Assembly: GCA_977020255.1 (NCBI GenBank)
Contig: CDROCS010001715.1
Location: forward strand, 186,001-250,000
Direction of reading: 5' to 3'
Source: Obrimoposthia wandeli
Taxonomy: Eukaryota
DNA: 64,000 bases
Part shown: positions 25,170 through 39,099 of the stretch, in pieces
How positions within the stretch are numbered: position 1 is the stretch's first letter
Layout: the number at the start of each line of letters is the position of its first letter
Translations under genes and position numbers: made by a program
The notes under the pieces: generated by a model
What the model saw: the letters and a program-made list of their open reading frames with translations, nothing else
The model's database searches: none
What the model was told of the DNA's origin: nothing

Positions 25170-26329
25170 CATACAATCATAGTGAACAGTCATCATTAGA
25201 GAGAAAGAGACCTATTGATGTTACAGATGAAAATGCTATCAAAATTTGGCAACATCGTAATCAAAGAAAAGTTGTAAAGAAACCCAAGTATAAAATTGAG
25301 GATTATGTACGTATTTCTCAAATTAGTACTACTCCTTTTATAAAGAATTTCTAAGAGAATCGAAATTAAATTGAAGGGGGAAAATTTGAAATAGTTTTTA
25401 ATGATGAAATTATTGCAGAACAATATGTATTTCCAACTAAACCTAATGATGGAAAATATGTGGCTTCAGGAATTATGGATAAACATAGTAAGTATCCAAT
25501 AATATGTTTTAAGATAAAAAAAATAATTCACTAAACATGAGAGGAAAAAAAACAAAAACTTATATATTCAAAATTTAAACTACTTAAAATCAAAAAAGTA
25601 AAACCAAAAGCAATGTTAAAGAAAAATATACAAAAATATACAAATTAATAAGTAAAGAAAAAATTACTATTTTTATTCAAATTTTCTGATTGGATTGAGA
25701 GTAAGTTCTACATTAAGTTAATCTCATTGGCTTAATACTATTTTAAAAATAGTATATAAGAAAGTACGAAGCAGCTGAGAATGGTAAGATTATTGATATT
25801 ATTTTTAATTTATCTTTTTCAGAATTGCAAGATGAATAATAAACTCTGTTTTAATCGTCAACAAGGCCAACCCCCTCGACTTCCCATCATGTTCAATGTT
25901 CCATACAACGTTCTCGATGTACCACATCGCTAATCGAGAATGCAACCATGCGGAAGTCCCGAAGAGCGAAGAGCGGACCAGCTCAACAACCAACAATAAC
26001 CGAAAGTAACTTTTTGACAAAAACGTGACATCATGAACTAACCCTGTGTATCGCATACTGCGATAAAATATCTACCAGAAATTGTATGTTATAAATTAAA
26101 TCTTCTTGTAAAATTGTAACGATTCTCGACGATTTTAAGTATGTTGTATATTTGGAACTGTAATTATTATAATTGAAACTCCTAAAGACAATCTTTTTAT
26201 ATCTGAGAAGTGAAAATCATCAAAATAGTGACAAAATTCGGTTAAGTAGCTTAGGAAGAGATAAAAGTTTGTATAAGGATTTAAATTAATACACTCCCAA
26301 AAAACCTAATCATAAATAATGCCATGCAT

Positions 26330-26578
26330 ATGTCCTACTATATCTGCTTGAGACGCCTTTGACACCTGGCAGTGGTTCCACAGGGATGTACCCACCTGTT
26401 CTACCAGGGCTGTCTGTATACCTGGGCGAGATACAGGCCACACGTCACACCGACGTGCCCAATGTGTCGGAGCCCCTTTCAACATTGGAGTATATCCCTA
26501 AATGGCCGGATAGTGTCACGAGGCTTCCTGACAGACTGCATTGGTGGCAACCAATGCCAGTGTCTCATGTGCCCTTAA
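26330..26578 (+). pseudogene. degenerate RING-finger ORF
   Basis: YYICL...*...GCTHLFYQGCLYTW....TCPMCRSPF; RING ligand spacing with two ligands changed to Tyr and one stop. Confidence 0.65.
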
Positions 26579-26966
26579 CGCCGCAGAAACATAAGACTGC
26601 AGACACGAGAGAAGTGGCAGTCATAACGAGATCGCGGCTTCACGACGTTCGGGATCACCCCTTGATATCCTCATTACCAACGACAAGATTATGGTCAACA
26701 AATGCCGTCCTGGAGCACCTACTCCACGAAATATCCTACGCTACCGATGGACCAAGTAGCGCAATATCTGGAAAATATGGCAGAGAAAAATGACACCATG
26801 ATTATAGATTTAACATGATTTTGTCTACCATCCTGATTACCATCCCTCCTTCCTGTACATTTTTGATGTTTTAAAAGTAATATAGGAGTTCTTAAAACTA
26901 ATGCTATAAAATTTTGTCGCCGTTCAAGATAGATTTTGTAGATCTACAATTGTAGTTAGATTAGAC

Positions 26967-27336
26967 CAGGTGTGTGCAACAAGCGGCCCGCGGGCCACAT
27001 GCGGCCCTCTATGCAAGTTAGTGCGGCCCTCGCTAACAAAATTTATTTTTTACCTTCCGCAGGATGTGAATCTGTTTCGCCACAGTAAGGTAAATTTTAC
27101 AGTTTTAAACTCTAAATTCCAAGTGTCTCATTAAAACGATTTGCCAAGATTTATTCCATAGGTTAAATAAATGCCAAGATTTATTCCATAGGTTAAATAA
27201 ATGTTTTTCTGAATGCAAATATATTGTAAAATCTTTGAATTTATAATGCATATGAATTCTAGATTTTCAGTGTGGCCCACTTAATATCTGAAGTGATGTT
27301 ATAAGGCCCGCCGACTAAAAATGTTGCACGCTCCTG
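26967..27336 (+). mobile_element. hAT-family MITE
   Basis: Imperfect 14-bp TIR CAGGTGTGTGCAAC / GTTGCACGCTCCTG; subterminal CGGCCCGCGGGCCACATGCGGCCC; 8-bp TSD GATTAGAC; internal 30-nt tandem duplication. Confidence 0.92.
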
Positions 27337-27419
27337 GATTAGACTGTCTGATGAGTAGGTGGAGTTGACACTATAAAATCTATACCATTCCTGGAACGAA
27401 ACTGTCTTAAAACCCCAGA

Positions 27420-30300
27420 GGTATGTTAGATTAGGAAAGTTATGAAATAAAATAAAATAAAATGTATATTTATAGAAGAATTTAACCTAGGAAAAATTGT
27501 GTTGAAGTTAAAATTAAATAAATTAGTTTTAAAATAAATTGGGAATATATATTGAGTAAAAATGGAGACCTTGGAGAGGTCGTGAAATATGCATAAAGAG
27601 AAGATAAAAATGTGCAAAAGGTCTGTAGAAGAAGTAAACGAAAATACAACAAAATCGCAAGCAGAGAATTTAGAAGTACACACTCTATTAATAAAGTTAT
27701 TATTCATTGAATTGTGTGGAATTTCAAAGTACATAATCACAGCAAGATACAGCGAAACTAATCATAATTACTGCAAAATATAGTGAAATTCCGACCCGAA
27801 AATCAGTATCGACAGCATCCGGCCTGTTGTGTTGAGGGAGATGTAACGATATATAAGCATAAAATTTGTTTACCATAGTAAACATTTCAACGAAGAGTAA
27901 GAAAATCAACAAAGAGTGTCGAGCGGAGATATCCGATCAAAGGTATTGGACAAAGGAGAATAAACCTAATCGCGAAGAGACGTGAATTTGCGGAGACGCA
28001 GGGAATTCAATTCTAGGACACCTGCGACGATACGAACTAATCGATGAGAAGTCATGACAATTTGGATCTCGAATTTAGGATGCAAAACTATTAATTGGTG
28101 AGGACCTGAATTGAATCATTAGTAAAGGCCAAAAGTAAAAGAGTCGAAAGTATAAAGTTGCTATTTGAATCTGGAGTAAAAGTAAAAGTGTTGAAAGTAT
28201 AAAGTTGTTATCGTAATAAGTATAATCTTGAGTAAAAGTAATCGAGCGAATAGTATAATTGGGATATAAATGTAAAGGAATTGATATCGTGAGAGTATCA
28301 ACCTACCCCGTGCTGAATTTAGTCAGTCAGCTAATTGTGAGTATATTCATACCTGTATCTAAAAATCATACTTGTGTCTAGAATTAAGTAGTATTTAAGA
28401 TAAGCCACGAGTAAGTATTTTACACAACCAATCTCATGAGATCGTCGAGCCTCCTATTATATAGGCTAGCCGTGAGTTAACCACTTAACGGTGATTCCAA
28501 GCCCCGGTATATTCAGCGGATTGTTACGCCCTGGTATTATCGGAGGAGTATCATTAGCGTCGCTTGGCTCCGGATCTGTTTGTATATTTAGATCTTGGTT
28601 TTACCAGACCCTTTTCAAAGTAAAATCTAAAACAGACTAACTGGCTAATCATCCTAAGCGTATACTACACCACACTAGTTTTAGGATCCCTCCTTGTTAT
28701 CCTAAAACACAACTCCTTGAACATACCACAAAACATCAGACATAGAACCTTCAGACTTGAGACTCGAATTAGGAAATGTAGGAATAGGTAGGCCACATCC
28801 ATTTGTAAGCCCTTTCGCTACAGAGCTCACGGTAGGGACCTCCATACGAGGATCTAGTTTATTAGAAACCCCAACAATATTATTGTAAAGTAATTATATC
28901 AAATAACAATTTATTTCTTACACATTTTATAATGTAATTGTAGTTTAATAAACGCGTAAATATTCGATTTTACTTTAACTTGCACATTAATTTCTGCTTA
29001 TGAATTAACAAGATTAGTTAGAACGGTCAATAAGATTTTCGTAACATTTAAGGATAACTTATTCAATTTTTTAACGTAACAATTATTTATTTTAAAAAAA
29101 AGTAATTAGTGATTTTTACTATTTTATGTTGAAAGCAAATAATTGTTTTGTAAATTTTTCAAAGATAACATCTAATATTTTATTTATTATTTAGGACTTC
29201 TTTGATTAAGCTATTGATAAAATGGTACCAAAAGTAAGAAATAGAAGATGTATTATTGCATAAAGCGTTCATATATGTTTATCGGGAAGTAACTTCAACA
29301 AAACTGGTAAACAACTCTTTTTCTCTCTCATACACGCAAGGGACCCAACTTTATCAGTGTTGGCCTAGATGGGCAATATTTGTGCACTTTAACAGTCGAT
29401 CAATTAGTCGGATACAGCTCGCTCCATTACTCACGGGAGAAACTGCAGCAGCATGCGAGTGTGTATGCCATTCATCCAGGTATATGGACAGGCTCGGCAG
29501 ACGCATATCACTGTGTGATATAACAAATATTAGGAACATAGGGGACACATTCTTGTTTACAGAATCTCTGAGAGTCAATAACATAGTTGTGGGGTCAAAT
29601 CCACACTGAAGTTCGGGAATTGGAAGAAGTAGCTGGAAGAAGCGCACGAAAAGCTCGTCTCGTCTCAATGTCCCGGCAAATTCGTCGACGTTTATCAACT
29701 TCCATTCTGTTGGCAACCCCTGCCTATGTTCAGTGGAAACAAAAAAGCAATTAAAAGACCAATAAACATAGAGGAGAATGTCAAAGCACATTTTACTCCT
29801 GTGAGTGTGTTTAGCAGGCAATCCAACACAAACACGCAAAACACACATACACACACCTAGACACGGGAGAATCTGTTGCCGCGTGTGCATCATTATCCCG
29901 GGAATTGTAGTGTCTGAGAAAGTCTACAAACGCTAGCTGACTGGATTGATACAAAACTACCGTGTAACAGCATGAATCTATGTGAGGATTTCCTGAGTGT
30001 CTATCACGGCACACAGCACTGTTTCATGCACATTCTGCACTTGGTGCCTCTTTGAGGTGACTGTCAGCGGACACACACTTGTCCTCTTGTACATTATGAT
30101 TGCACTGTTCAGCAAAATTGCACCTGACTTCAGAAACAACTAAGGATTTATTTCTCGGACTTTTGTTGCATATTTGCCGCATTCCATTAAACAGATATTC
30201 AACCGGTTCCTTTTGTTCTGAAATGGTGAGTTTTCTTGATACCTTGTCGCGTTATTCTTACTGTCTTATTGTATTGTTAATTTTATTTTATTGAAAGGTT
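27420..30300. repeat. GC-enriched repeat-like islands, probably LTR remnants of other families
   Basis: Composition and CA-rich tracts resemble the LTRs above; no matching TSD or partner copy found. Confidence 0.3.
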
Positions 30301-32311
30301 AACACCATTTCATACCAAGTATTAACTAGTTTAAAAAGGATTCCATCATAACAAAATATTAAAACAATTTTTTCAAAGTAAAATTGCAATTACTTAATTC
30401 ATCGTTATAAAAGTGCAAAAAGTTGTAATATTAGTTGCTTAAAACTCCTTTAATAGTCTAAATCAACTGAAAATTAAAGTATTTTATTGGAACTTTGTGA
30501 ATTCTTCATATAATTTTGATTTGATAAAGTTATGATATAATGTTTTATAATTTATATCTACATCCAACAGCTTTCATTTCGATGTTTATCTAAATTTTAG
30601 AAGGTCAAATTAATTCTCATACTTTTTACACAAGTCACTTTATAAATACATTTTTATTTATAAAATTAAATAAGTCATATTGATGCAATTTTTTAAAAAT
30701 ATTAAACTGTTATAGAAAATGTTTTGACGTAGAATATTACCACTTAAAAAAATATTTTAAAAAATTCTAAAAAATGGGCTAAAAATAGTTTATAAATATT
30801 ATTATTCTCTTCAATTTATATTGTTATATTATTTAATTATTTATTTATGATATTTAATAATATCAATTGATGGAAATTCAAGCAGATGGTTTATTTTTTG
30901 GTGATATACTTTCAAAAGTCAATTGAACTATATATGTGCTGAACAGTCTTATGTATCATTTCAATAAAGGGTATCTGTTAATTCTTCGTCTAGAAAACTT
31001 GCATTATTAAGGAGATTTAAGGAAACATACTTAGTATTGCTGCAGTATTCCTTAGTGTTTATAATGATCCAGGGTGTTCACTCTCAATAACTCCAACTAT
31101 CTATCGCAGTGCTTTCATTTCAAAAAAAATAACGAATTATTTACTAAAAACATTGTCAAATAGCTAAAATTACTTCATTCTATAAAACAAGAGTCACCAA
31201 TGAATTCGTATTCAATCATATGGTTTAATCGATATTTTTAGTTAATAATTATTAATTATTTCTTCTAAGCTTGTAAAATGATAACAAATCAATGTCTTTA
31301 AATCCTTACATTTTCAGCCTGATGCTCTTGAAAATACTTAGCATGAAAACTTTCAACTTTATTTTTTCTATAAAATAAATTTTAATTTCCACCGTGTATA
31401 ATTCAGCATAATTAAATGATCAAATACATTTATCAAATCCGGCAATTTTGAATACTAGCTGTTGATTTGCTTTAATTAACAAAGATGTTACTTTCCGTGT
31501 CGATTAAGAAATTTTCTACCACTGGAAAATCTCGACAAGTAATCTTTACCAATAACTCAATTAAAAATCTGAATAGGGAATGTACATTAATAATTGGTAT
31601 TATGTGAATTTTGTTAAATATTTATATTAACAAAATGTTTACTTTTAACCATCATGAACTGTCTACTTTAACCGATCCAAACATATTTTAATTGTAGGCT
31701 TATAGTTTTTACCACAATGTTTTAATGAAAGGGTAAATGATATATTTTATAATTTTAATTTTTAGTAAAACAAAACAATCCTCCATGAACAGAGACCACA
31801 TCTGGACATAATTTCCATGACAAGTCAATATATCAAAAATAAGTATAAAGTATGCTATAAAAATCCTTGCTAGTTGTAGTTCTTTCAAACAGTTTGTTTC
31901 CCCCTCCCATTTATTCACAGTTACTCAACGTTTGGTTTAATAAAAGAATTGTTTAGATTATATTTGTTGTCTTCAAACCGAAAAACTGTTCTTTCAATTG
32001 CTGATCAGTGTTCTCGAATTGACTGAAGCTTAATTTCTTTGGATACAATTTATTCATATATTGAAAATTTCAATGACATTTCATTGTTGGTGTTGGGAGG
32101 TTAACAGACTTTGAAATATAGGGATATATATTAGCCTATGATTTGTAGACAAATGCTACCATTATTTTCTGGGATTCATAAACTACTTTAATAATGTTGT
32201 TTAGAATTATCAATTTTAAATCTTTTCTCGTTAGAGTCTGTTGTATGCTAATTATAAGTTAAACACTTGACACATTTCAGTTACTTAAAAGTTATAGGTG
32301 CATAATCCCGA

Positions 32312-32430
32312 TTCAGAAATTCTTAGATTGGTTATCGGGAGAGATTACGAGCTGTGCTAGTTCATTAGTAGATTACACAACTTGCAGGTAGCAAGACCTG
32401 CGGTTTAATTCCAGCTGCGATAACTAATTT
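32312..32430 (+). repeat. dispersed repeat with tRNA-like (SINE-like) segment
   Basis: Aligns with 45840-45955 (CAGAAATTCTTAG...TAGTTC..TAGA...GACC..G.T.AATTCC); degenerate A/B boxes. Confidence 0.45.
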
Positions 32431-34079
32431 TCACCCTAACCCAACATCATTTTTTGTATATGTTGTTTAATCTTTATTAATAGAGCATTCGTTACTTTCA
32501 TATTGTGTTCTTTATAATTTTATCTACTTTATCGACCCCTGAAGAACACTTAAGTATTCAAAATCTGAGATAGGGTCATCGTTATCATTTCAATTAACAT
32601 TTAATTTTACAATTTAAATCAAGCTGTACGTCAGGTTATTTTTCAGGTAAATTCTTAAAGCAAATTCTAATGATATTTTTGAAGCCAAGTGAAAAAAACC
32701 TAATGTTTCATATTTTTAAATAAAATGTAATAAATTTATATTCTTAATTTACAGTTATTATCCTACAAAATAACTGAATTATAAAATTCTTCTTCTTGTA
32801 TGTCAAAACTTATTTGAAGTCATGTAATAGAAAGCTTTATCTAAATTATACTTTACAAGTAAGTACATATCTGTAATTTTATAAATATGTAATATAAATA
32901 AAGATATTTTGTTATTGACTAGTGATATAATGAGAAAAAAAAGTATTTGAAATTTTATTTTTGCATTCATTTCACATCAGTTTTTAATTTTACAATTATA
33001 AAATAGTAAAATTTTGACAAAATGTCTTGAAAATGAATAATCTTGATTGGAACCTTATATAGATAGCCAACCAGGTTTTACAGAAATAACCAATATGACA
33101 GGTCGACTTTTACGTAACGAGTACCGTTATTTCGTAGTTCTTAATAGTTTCATGAATCGGTTTTGTTTAATTTTGGAAACACTTTTGCTGATTGTTTATT
33201 TATGGACAATAAAATGTTTTATAAAACTAATCGAATACATAATTTTCACTCAAATTCTTCAATATACAATAAAACTATTTAAATAAATATTTGTTGTAAT
33301 TGAGGTGTGTGATTGATTTAAGTGTTTATATAGTTTTAAATTGAATAAAGATAAAATAAATAAACCATTTCAAATCTAAAATATTACACAAAATAAACAC
33401 TTTCGGTAAATATCATTAAATTAAACATACACAAAGTTATATTAAGTTAATATGTAAATCTATTAAAAATTCAACTGAATAATTATGAAAATTGAACTTG
33501 ATAAATAGTATTAAACGACTATTACTAATTTTTTTTCTCACATTTAGATTGATTATAGCATTAAAAATTGTATATATTTAGATTTATGTCAGTCAAAGAA
33601 AAAATAACAGATTATAGAATGTTTTACTGTTTTGTTTGCAAATAATTGTATTAATTTATAAAAATATTATATATTCTTTTCTAATTTCATATATAATAGT
33701 AAACGTATGACTGGAATTCAACATTACTAAGAAAATAGTAGAATTGAAAACTTGAACTGCGAAAAACATCAAATAGACATCTACTAAGCAAACATACTAG
33801 TTAACAAGTTGCGATTCTGCATTTTGTTTATTAGTCGAATATTTAGTCTAGAGTAAAAGTACACATGCATGGATACTGTGTGAGGTCTATAACAATACAT
33901 TTTGAAGTGTGAAACACCGATTCTCGAAAACAGATTATGTTTAGTTCACAAAAATAAAATTTTAAAATATTTGTTAATTTAAGCAAGAAAAATACTGAAC
34001 GAATTTAGTTATTCTTATGGAAATTAAATAAATATATAGTTTAAGATTTTTTTTAGAAATAATTTACAAAAACATTATT

Positions 34080-34830
34080 TTAAGTCAAGGATTTTTTTCT
34101 GTTTTTTAAAAAAAATTATTTGGGTTATATTTTGTGTTGCTGAGACTAATCGTGCATCTTTTGATTTTTTTAGAGGGGGAGAGGAGAGAATTTCTGGTTT
34201 TAATACAGAGTATGGTGCTTTAGGTTTTGCTTTTTTAATTTTGGGTGAGTATGGTAATATTATTTTAATTAGATTTTTAACAATTTTACTTTGGTTTTAA
34301 AATTAAAATCTTTCTTTTTCTAAAAATTATTTGAAAGGGTTTTCAACTTTAGTTATTTTCAGAAGCAGATTAAATGTTTCAAGATGTATAATAAAACGTT
34401 GGTTTTCTTCTACTAATTATAAGGATATTGGTACTTTATATTTTATTTTTAGGTGTTAGAATGGCACCGGTTGGACTAGTCGTAGGGTTTTAATCCGAAT
34501 GGAAATTTCTAATCCTGGCTTACAATCTGGTAAAGCAGATTTATACAACAGTTTAATAACTTCTCATGACCTGATAATGATTTTTTTGTAATGCCTGTAA
34601 TGATGGGGGATTTGGTAATTGGTTGATTCCTTATTTCTGAACACTCCTGATTTATTATTTCCTCGTGTAAACAATTTAAGTTGGTATTTATTAATTCCTT
34701 CTTCTATTTTAATTATTTTTTCTATGCTTTTTTATTCTGGTGTGGGTGCAGGTTGAACTGTCTATCCACCTCTTACCGGCAATATTGCACATTCTGGTTT
34801 TTCTGTCGATTTGGCTATTTTTCTTTGCAT
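34080..34830 (+). pseudogene. NUMT: partial ND1 followed by 5' part of COX1
   Basis: AETNRASFDFLEG...SGFNTEYGALGFAFLILGEYG (ND1); [51 protein letters not shown] (COX1, TGA read as Trp); frameshifts present. Confidence 0.95.
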
Positions 34831-35209
34831 TGAGAATCTTGAAAATTTTTGTAAAATTCAGTTCTAAGTTAGTTCAAACTGTAAAAACGCGTAACTCAAG
34901 AACGTGACAGATTTTTTTCAAATATCTTTTGACAATTGGTTACGCTACAAAATGTAAGTCAAATCATAAGTAGAAAGTAATTTTTATGCATTATTTATTG
35001 AAACTCATTATGTTACTATAAATAGTACAATTGAAAATTGATTTGTAAATTATCAATATCGACATTTAAGTGAGTTTATAAAAAAATCGGTCTCACGTTT
35101 CAATCCGAACTTTACTCTAAACCAGATTTTCGATACATTCCAATCGATAATGACACTCAAGTGCTCAGTATAGCTCAGTGAAGGGAAATGACTTCTTGAA
35201 TCCATCCAG

Positions 35210-35634
35210 AAGCCAAGTCGCATCAGATTGGGTGTCTCAAGTGTGTCACTGCACCGGAACTTCTTTCCGACATCGAAGTATCTGAGTACAACAAGCAGCC
35301 ATCACCAGAAGAAGAAATCAGGAGCAGCAGCTACAACAGCAGGCATCTGTACCAAGTCCCAATCAATTCAGGATCTTCCGCTCTGGAACGTTTCGTCTTC
35401 TGATCTTGACGACATGTTCCTCAGTAATCTCCGTCTTCTCAGCGACGAGGAAGAACATCGGAAAAACAGCAACAGCAACCGTCGAGTTGAAAGTTCATAC
35501 GATGATGTTCAAGATGGTTGTATGACTTCTTCCAGCAGCCGATATCAGAGTTCTCTCAACATCTTTATAAAGCCGCGTGATCAATGGCGACATTCTTCCA
35601 TTGTTGACTACAAATTCTGCGAATTCGCTGACAG
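35210..35634 (+). CDS. host gene exon (unidentified Ser-rich protein); upstream exons not located
   Basis: GC-richer open frame; ends AG/GTCGGT in phase 2, matching the next exon. The acceptor at 35209 is tentative. Confidence 0.6.
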
Positions 35635-38529
35635 GTCGGTGCTCTTGTCTTGTTTTCTGCAGAATGCGCCTGTAATGACTACGTACTTAGCGATTTACTT
35701 CATTAATTGACAAATTTGCTTGATTACTCCATTGTCATATTTCCCAGCCCAAATTCACATTCATGATAAACAGCACTTACCTCGTGGTTCAGTATATCAG
35801 AAAAATTAACAACACCATATATTTGTAAAGCAAAAACAGGGCTATCTAACTGTTAAACAATAAAATTGAAAGACTAGAAATAGAAACACAATAACACCTC
35901 AAAGCATGCTCTCTAAGAAAATTTTCAGAAATGAAAAATCGTAATTATCATATTCCAAAGATACACGTCCTCAAACCTGTACTGAACCCACAATTATACA
36001 GTTTTAACAAATTTCGAGCGTGCCTGTCACACCAGAACATGTTTCTTTGGAAGGTACAAAGTGAGTTTGGATATTGATTTGTCATCTTTTAGTTGTCTTT
36101 ACCATGACTAGATAGGTATGCGTGATGTAATTGTGAGTTGTGGGCTGAATAACAGATACATTTGACATTTCTCAAAATTCCCAAATTCTAAAATACAAAA
36201 ATCTTTATGTATTAATACCCAATTTCTCCAATTTATAATTTTCTTTTTCAACTTTTATTTATAGGTAATATACTTTTTTTAAATGATAAATTATTTTCTA
36301 TAAATATCATAATTTTAATAAAAATAATATTTTTATTTTGAACCTCTTACTTTGATTTTTGTTAAACTACTTTAGTGTATTTACTACTTTCGACATTAGC
36401 TTCGTCTTCACAGTGTAATCTGATAGTTTAACAAAAATTTTTATTCATATGGTTTGTTAGAAAATAGAAAATCAGGTATAACTGTATTCAGTAAATTAAT
36501 CAGCATTCATTGTTGTACTGAGGATATAAATGTATAATGGTAATTATTGAGCAATGTAAAAATACCACACAATCACACATACACCGACTTAAACATTATC
36601 TTCTTTTATAAAGAACGACTTGAAAATCTTCAACATCAAATGACGTTGTTTTGCTAACTTTTATATTTTCCTTTGAATACCGATAACAGTACAAACATAG
36701 CGGTTTTAATAGAAAAGCATCGGTACTGGAAACCCTACTCTGAAATGCAATACTATTCGATAAGGTTAATTATAAGAATGACATTTATTCAACAGTAGTT
36801 AAAACTACTATATGTTAAATAAAACTACGACATGCAAAAATTATCATATACCAAATTTTCTAATAAATATTTATATGATATTCTCGAGCCTGGTGAATAT
36901 GCATCTTAAAAGCAACGACGACGACAGCAGAATGGTAAAAAATTTGCCAATAACGAACAAAGTATATAAGACATTGTAAGAATGTATGAAAATCCAAGAA
37001 ACAGCTGAAGACTTTACTATTCAGGGAATATTATGAAAAATAATTGACAACAGAAAGTTTGAAAAATATGCAAACATACGTAATATGCTTGAAAAGAATG
37101 AAAATCAATGATAGTATTTCTTGCGTCTAATATAAATATTATTTGTTTTTGCTTTTTTTCATTGACTTAATTGTACTTTCTGGTTATATTTTCTAAAATA
37201 TGTTAACAAATTAGTCGTATATTTTAAAAGAAATTGCCCATTCAAGTTATGCATAATCCGTGGATTCATGAAAAATAATTTTGAATTATCACCAAAAAGA
37301 CTTTGAAATAAAATTATTAATAAAAAAATACAACCCAATCCAATATAAATTTCAGGAATTAATTTTCTACTATTATTAAATTACATTAAAACGAATGGAT
37401 AATAGTTTTTTGTCTATACGAAAATTATTTTTTTAATGCCTTATTTATATTTCATCCACTATAAGAATAATTTTATTTTATAATTAAATTTTTTTTTGTT
37501 ACATGTTTTAAAAAAAAGTTATTAATACAACTTAAGAGGAACAAATGTCTCGCGATCGACGGGTTGAACACCCGTTCACTATATAAACAGCCAGAGATTT
37601 TAATACTTGAACATCATTCATCACTAACTTTGACAAGTTCCTTTATCACTCCTCGATCCTAGACTCTCTTCCACACTTTGTCCTCCTAGATCCCTGGATA
37701 TTATCAATCCTCAAAGTACTACCTACATTTTCGCAGTAGTTACCGCTTCCACTCATTCTATCATTCTATTTTGTACTTGCCATAGAAGCCTGAAAAATAT
37801 AAATTAAAAGAGCAAATAGGAAAATTTTATTTTACGCCAAAACTACCTTATTGCAGTGATTAAATGACTAGAGAAAGTAACTCGAATCTCCTTCGATCAT
37901 ACAGTTGCAGTTATCATCAATTGCGCAAGAAATTGTCAAACTCACATTCCAATTATTCTGAAGCACTTGAGAGACAAATTGTGAAGTTATTGAAGTGAGA
38001 AATGCTCGTCCAACTCTAGTTGCATAGTGATTAGCTGCTTGGTCGTCAGAGCATCGTCTCTTTTTCATTGTCACCATCGCCTTGTTGCTGTCATATTCTC
38101 AGATCAGATTGCCGTATTCATTGTATTGCTGATACAGCCTTTCTTGAACGACTTAGTTACCATAGAAGGATGATGTCCCACTCATGCTTTCAATATTCAT
38201 TCGCACACACCAGTCATGAAAGTTGTGTTTATGTTGCTTTGTGGTGGTAAGGTCCACTCGTTCTCCTTTCATCTCATCGCATCCCTAAACAGTTTGTTCG
38301 GGCAACGTTTATTCTGCAACCTCAACACAATAACAAGATAATCTATTGATTGTTCAGATGAATGACATACATTGGAAGCTAATATTTACATAATAAGAAA
38401 ATTAAGTAGATCTATCAAACTTCAAAGCATTTACATTTTAATTTCTATGTTATGATATTCGATGTAGGATTTTTATAACATTAAATATTTTTCTGATTTC
38501 TCATCAATATATGCATAATGATCGCACAG

Positions 38530-39099
38530 ACACAGCAACTACAATGAGCCTGTACCTCTAAAAGCTAAGCCCGCCATCTACTCCTCCTACGAGACCATAT
38601 ACGACCCCTTGCTGTACCCTTTGACGAACAGAGCCTTGTCCCCGCCCTCCTCTGACTCTGACGCCACCCTCAAATCGCGGTCGACCTCCCCCACGTCCAT
38701 CGTTTCGTCCTTAAACAGCCCTGGATCCAGACGCAACAGCACCCCCGTCATGCATCAACAACATCAGCAGCGCCAGCACCACCAGAGACCTCCGAAACAC
38801 CCGCAAATAGTGGCAGCCAGTCCCTCCAGCATCATCATCAGTCGACCACTGGGGCGCACTCACAACGATCTCACATCATCCTCCTTCCCTTTACAATGTG
38901 CACCACCCGCATCAGGTCTTGCTGCCTCTAGTCCACATCTCCCAGCTCGCTCTCATCTCACCATCCAGCCGTCCAGCAACATTCTCAACAACCTTTTTCT
39001 GCCCCCCGCACAACCAAGGTCCGAGCCCCATCCCGTTCCACCAACCAGAAGGAAGCACCGGATGAAGATGGCCAATCAGCAGCACCACAGCCTGAATAC
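38530..39099 (+). CDS. host gene exon (Ser/Pro/His-rich)
   Basis: CAG/ acceptor, open frame HSNYNEPVP...HHSLNT, donor GTAAG; phase 2 in and out. Confidence 0.75.

Larger units (their letters stand above)
22370..25352 (+). mobile_element. Polinton/Maverick fragment B (ATPase, two small ORFs, integrase), interrupted by a solo LTR
   Basis: Gene order and homology to copy C. 21251-22370 may also belong to it, but this is not established. Confidence 0.85.
23530..25352 (+). pseudogene. Polinton integrase split by a solo LTR at IHA/YNHS (23530-24100 and 25174-25352)
   Basis: MEKIWLNP, RRFPTRSYKPSGLNDLWQ, TRVDVFSRFA; resumes YNHSEQ...RPIDV...KYKIEDYVRIS after the insertion. Confidence 0.88.

Noticed and set aside
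27347-27410. CTGATGAG...CGAAACTGTC hammerhead-like string
   Set aside because: No stem I pairing, and stem III would have a 1-nt loop.
28471-28528. Twister-ribozyme-like motif (TAA-CCACT...CGG...CCAAGCCCCG...AGCGG)
   Set aside because: P1, P2 and P4-like pairings can be drawn, but neither pseudoknot (GC after P2; a partner for the L4 pyrimidines) is satisfied. An Infernal search with the twister models would settle it.
29354-29893. 179-aa minus-strand ORF
   Set aside because: Partly made of CA/TG repeats, no recognisable motif and no splice or homolog support; left as part of a probable LTR remnant.
37860-38340. GC-richer block that might be another host exon
   Set aside because: Stops occur in the candidate frames, and the flanking exons already join in phase without it.
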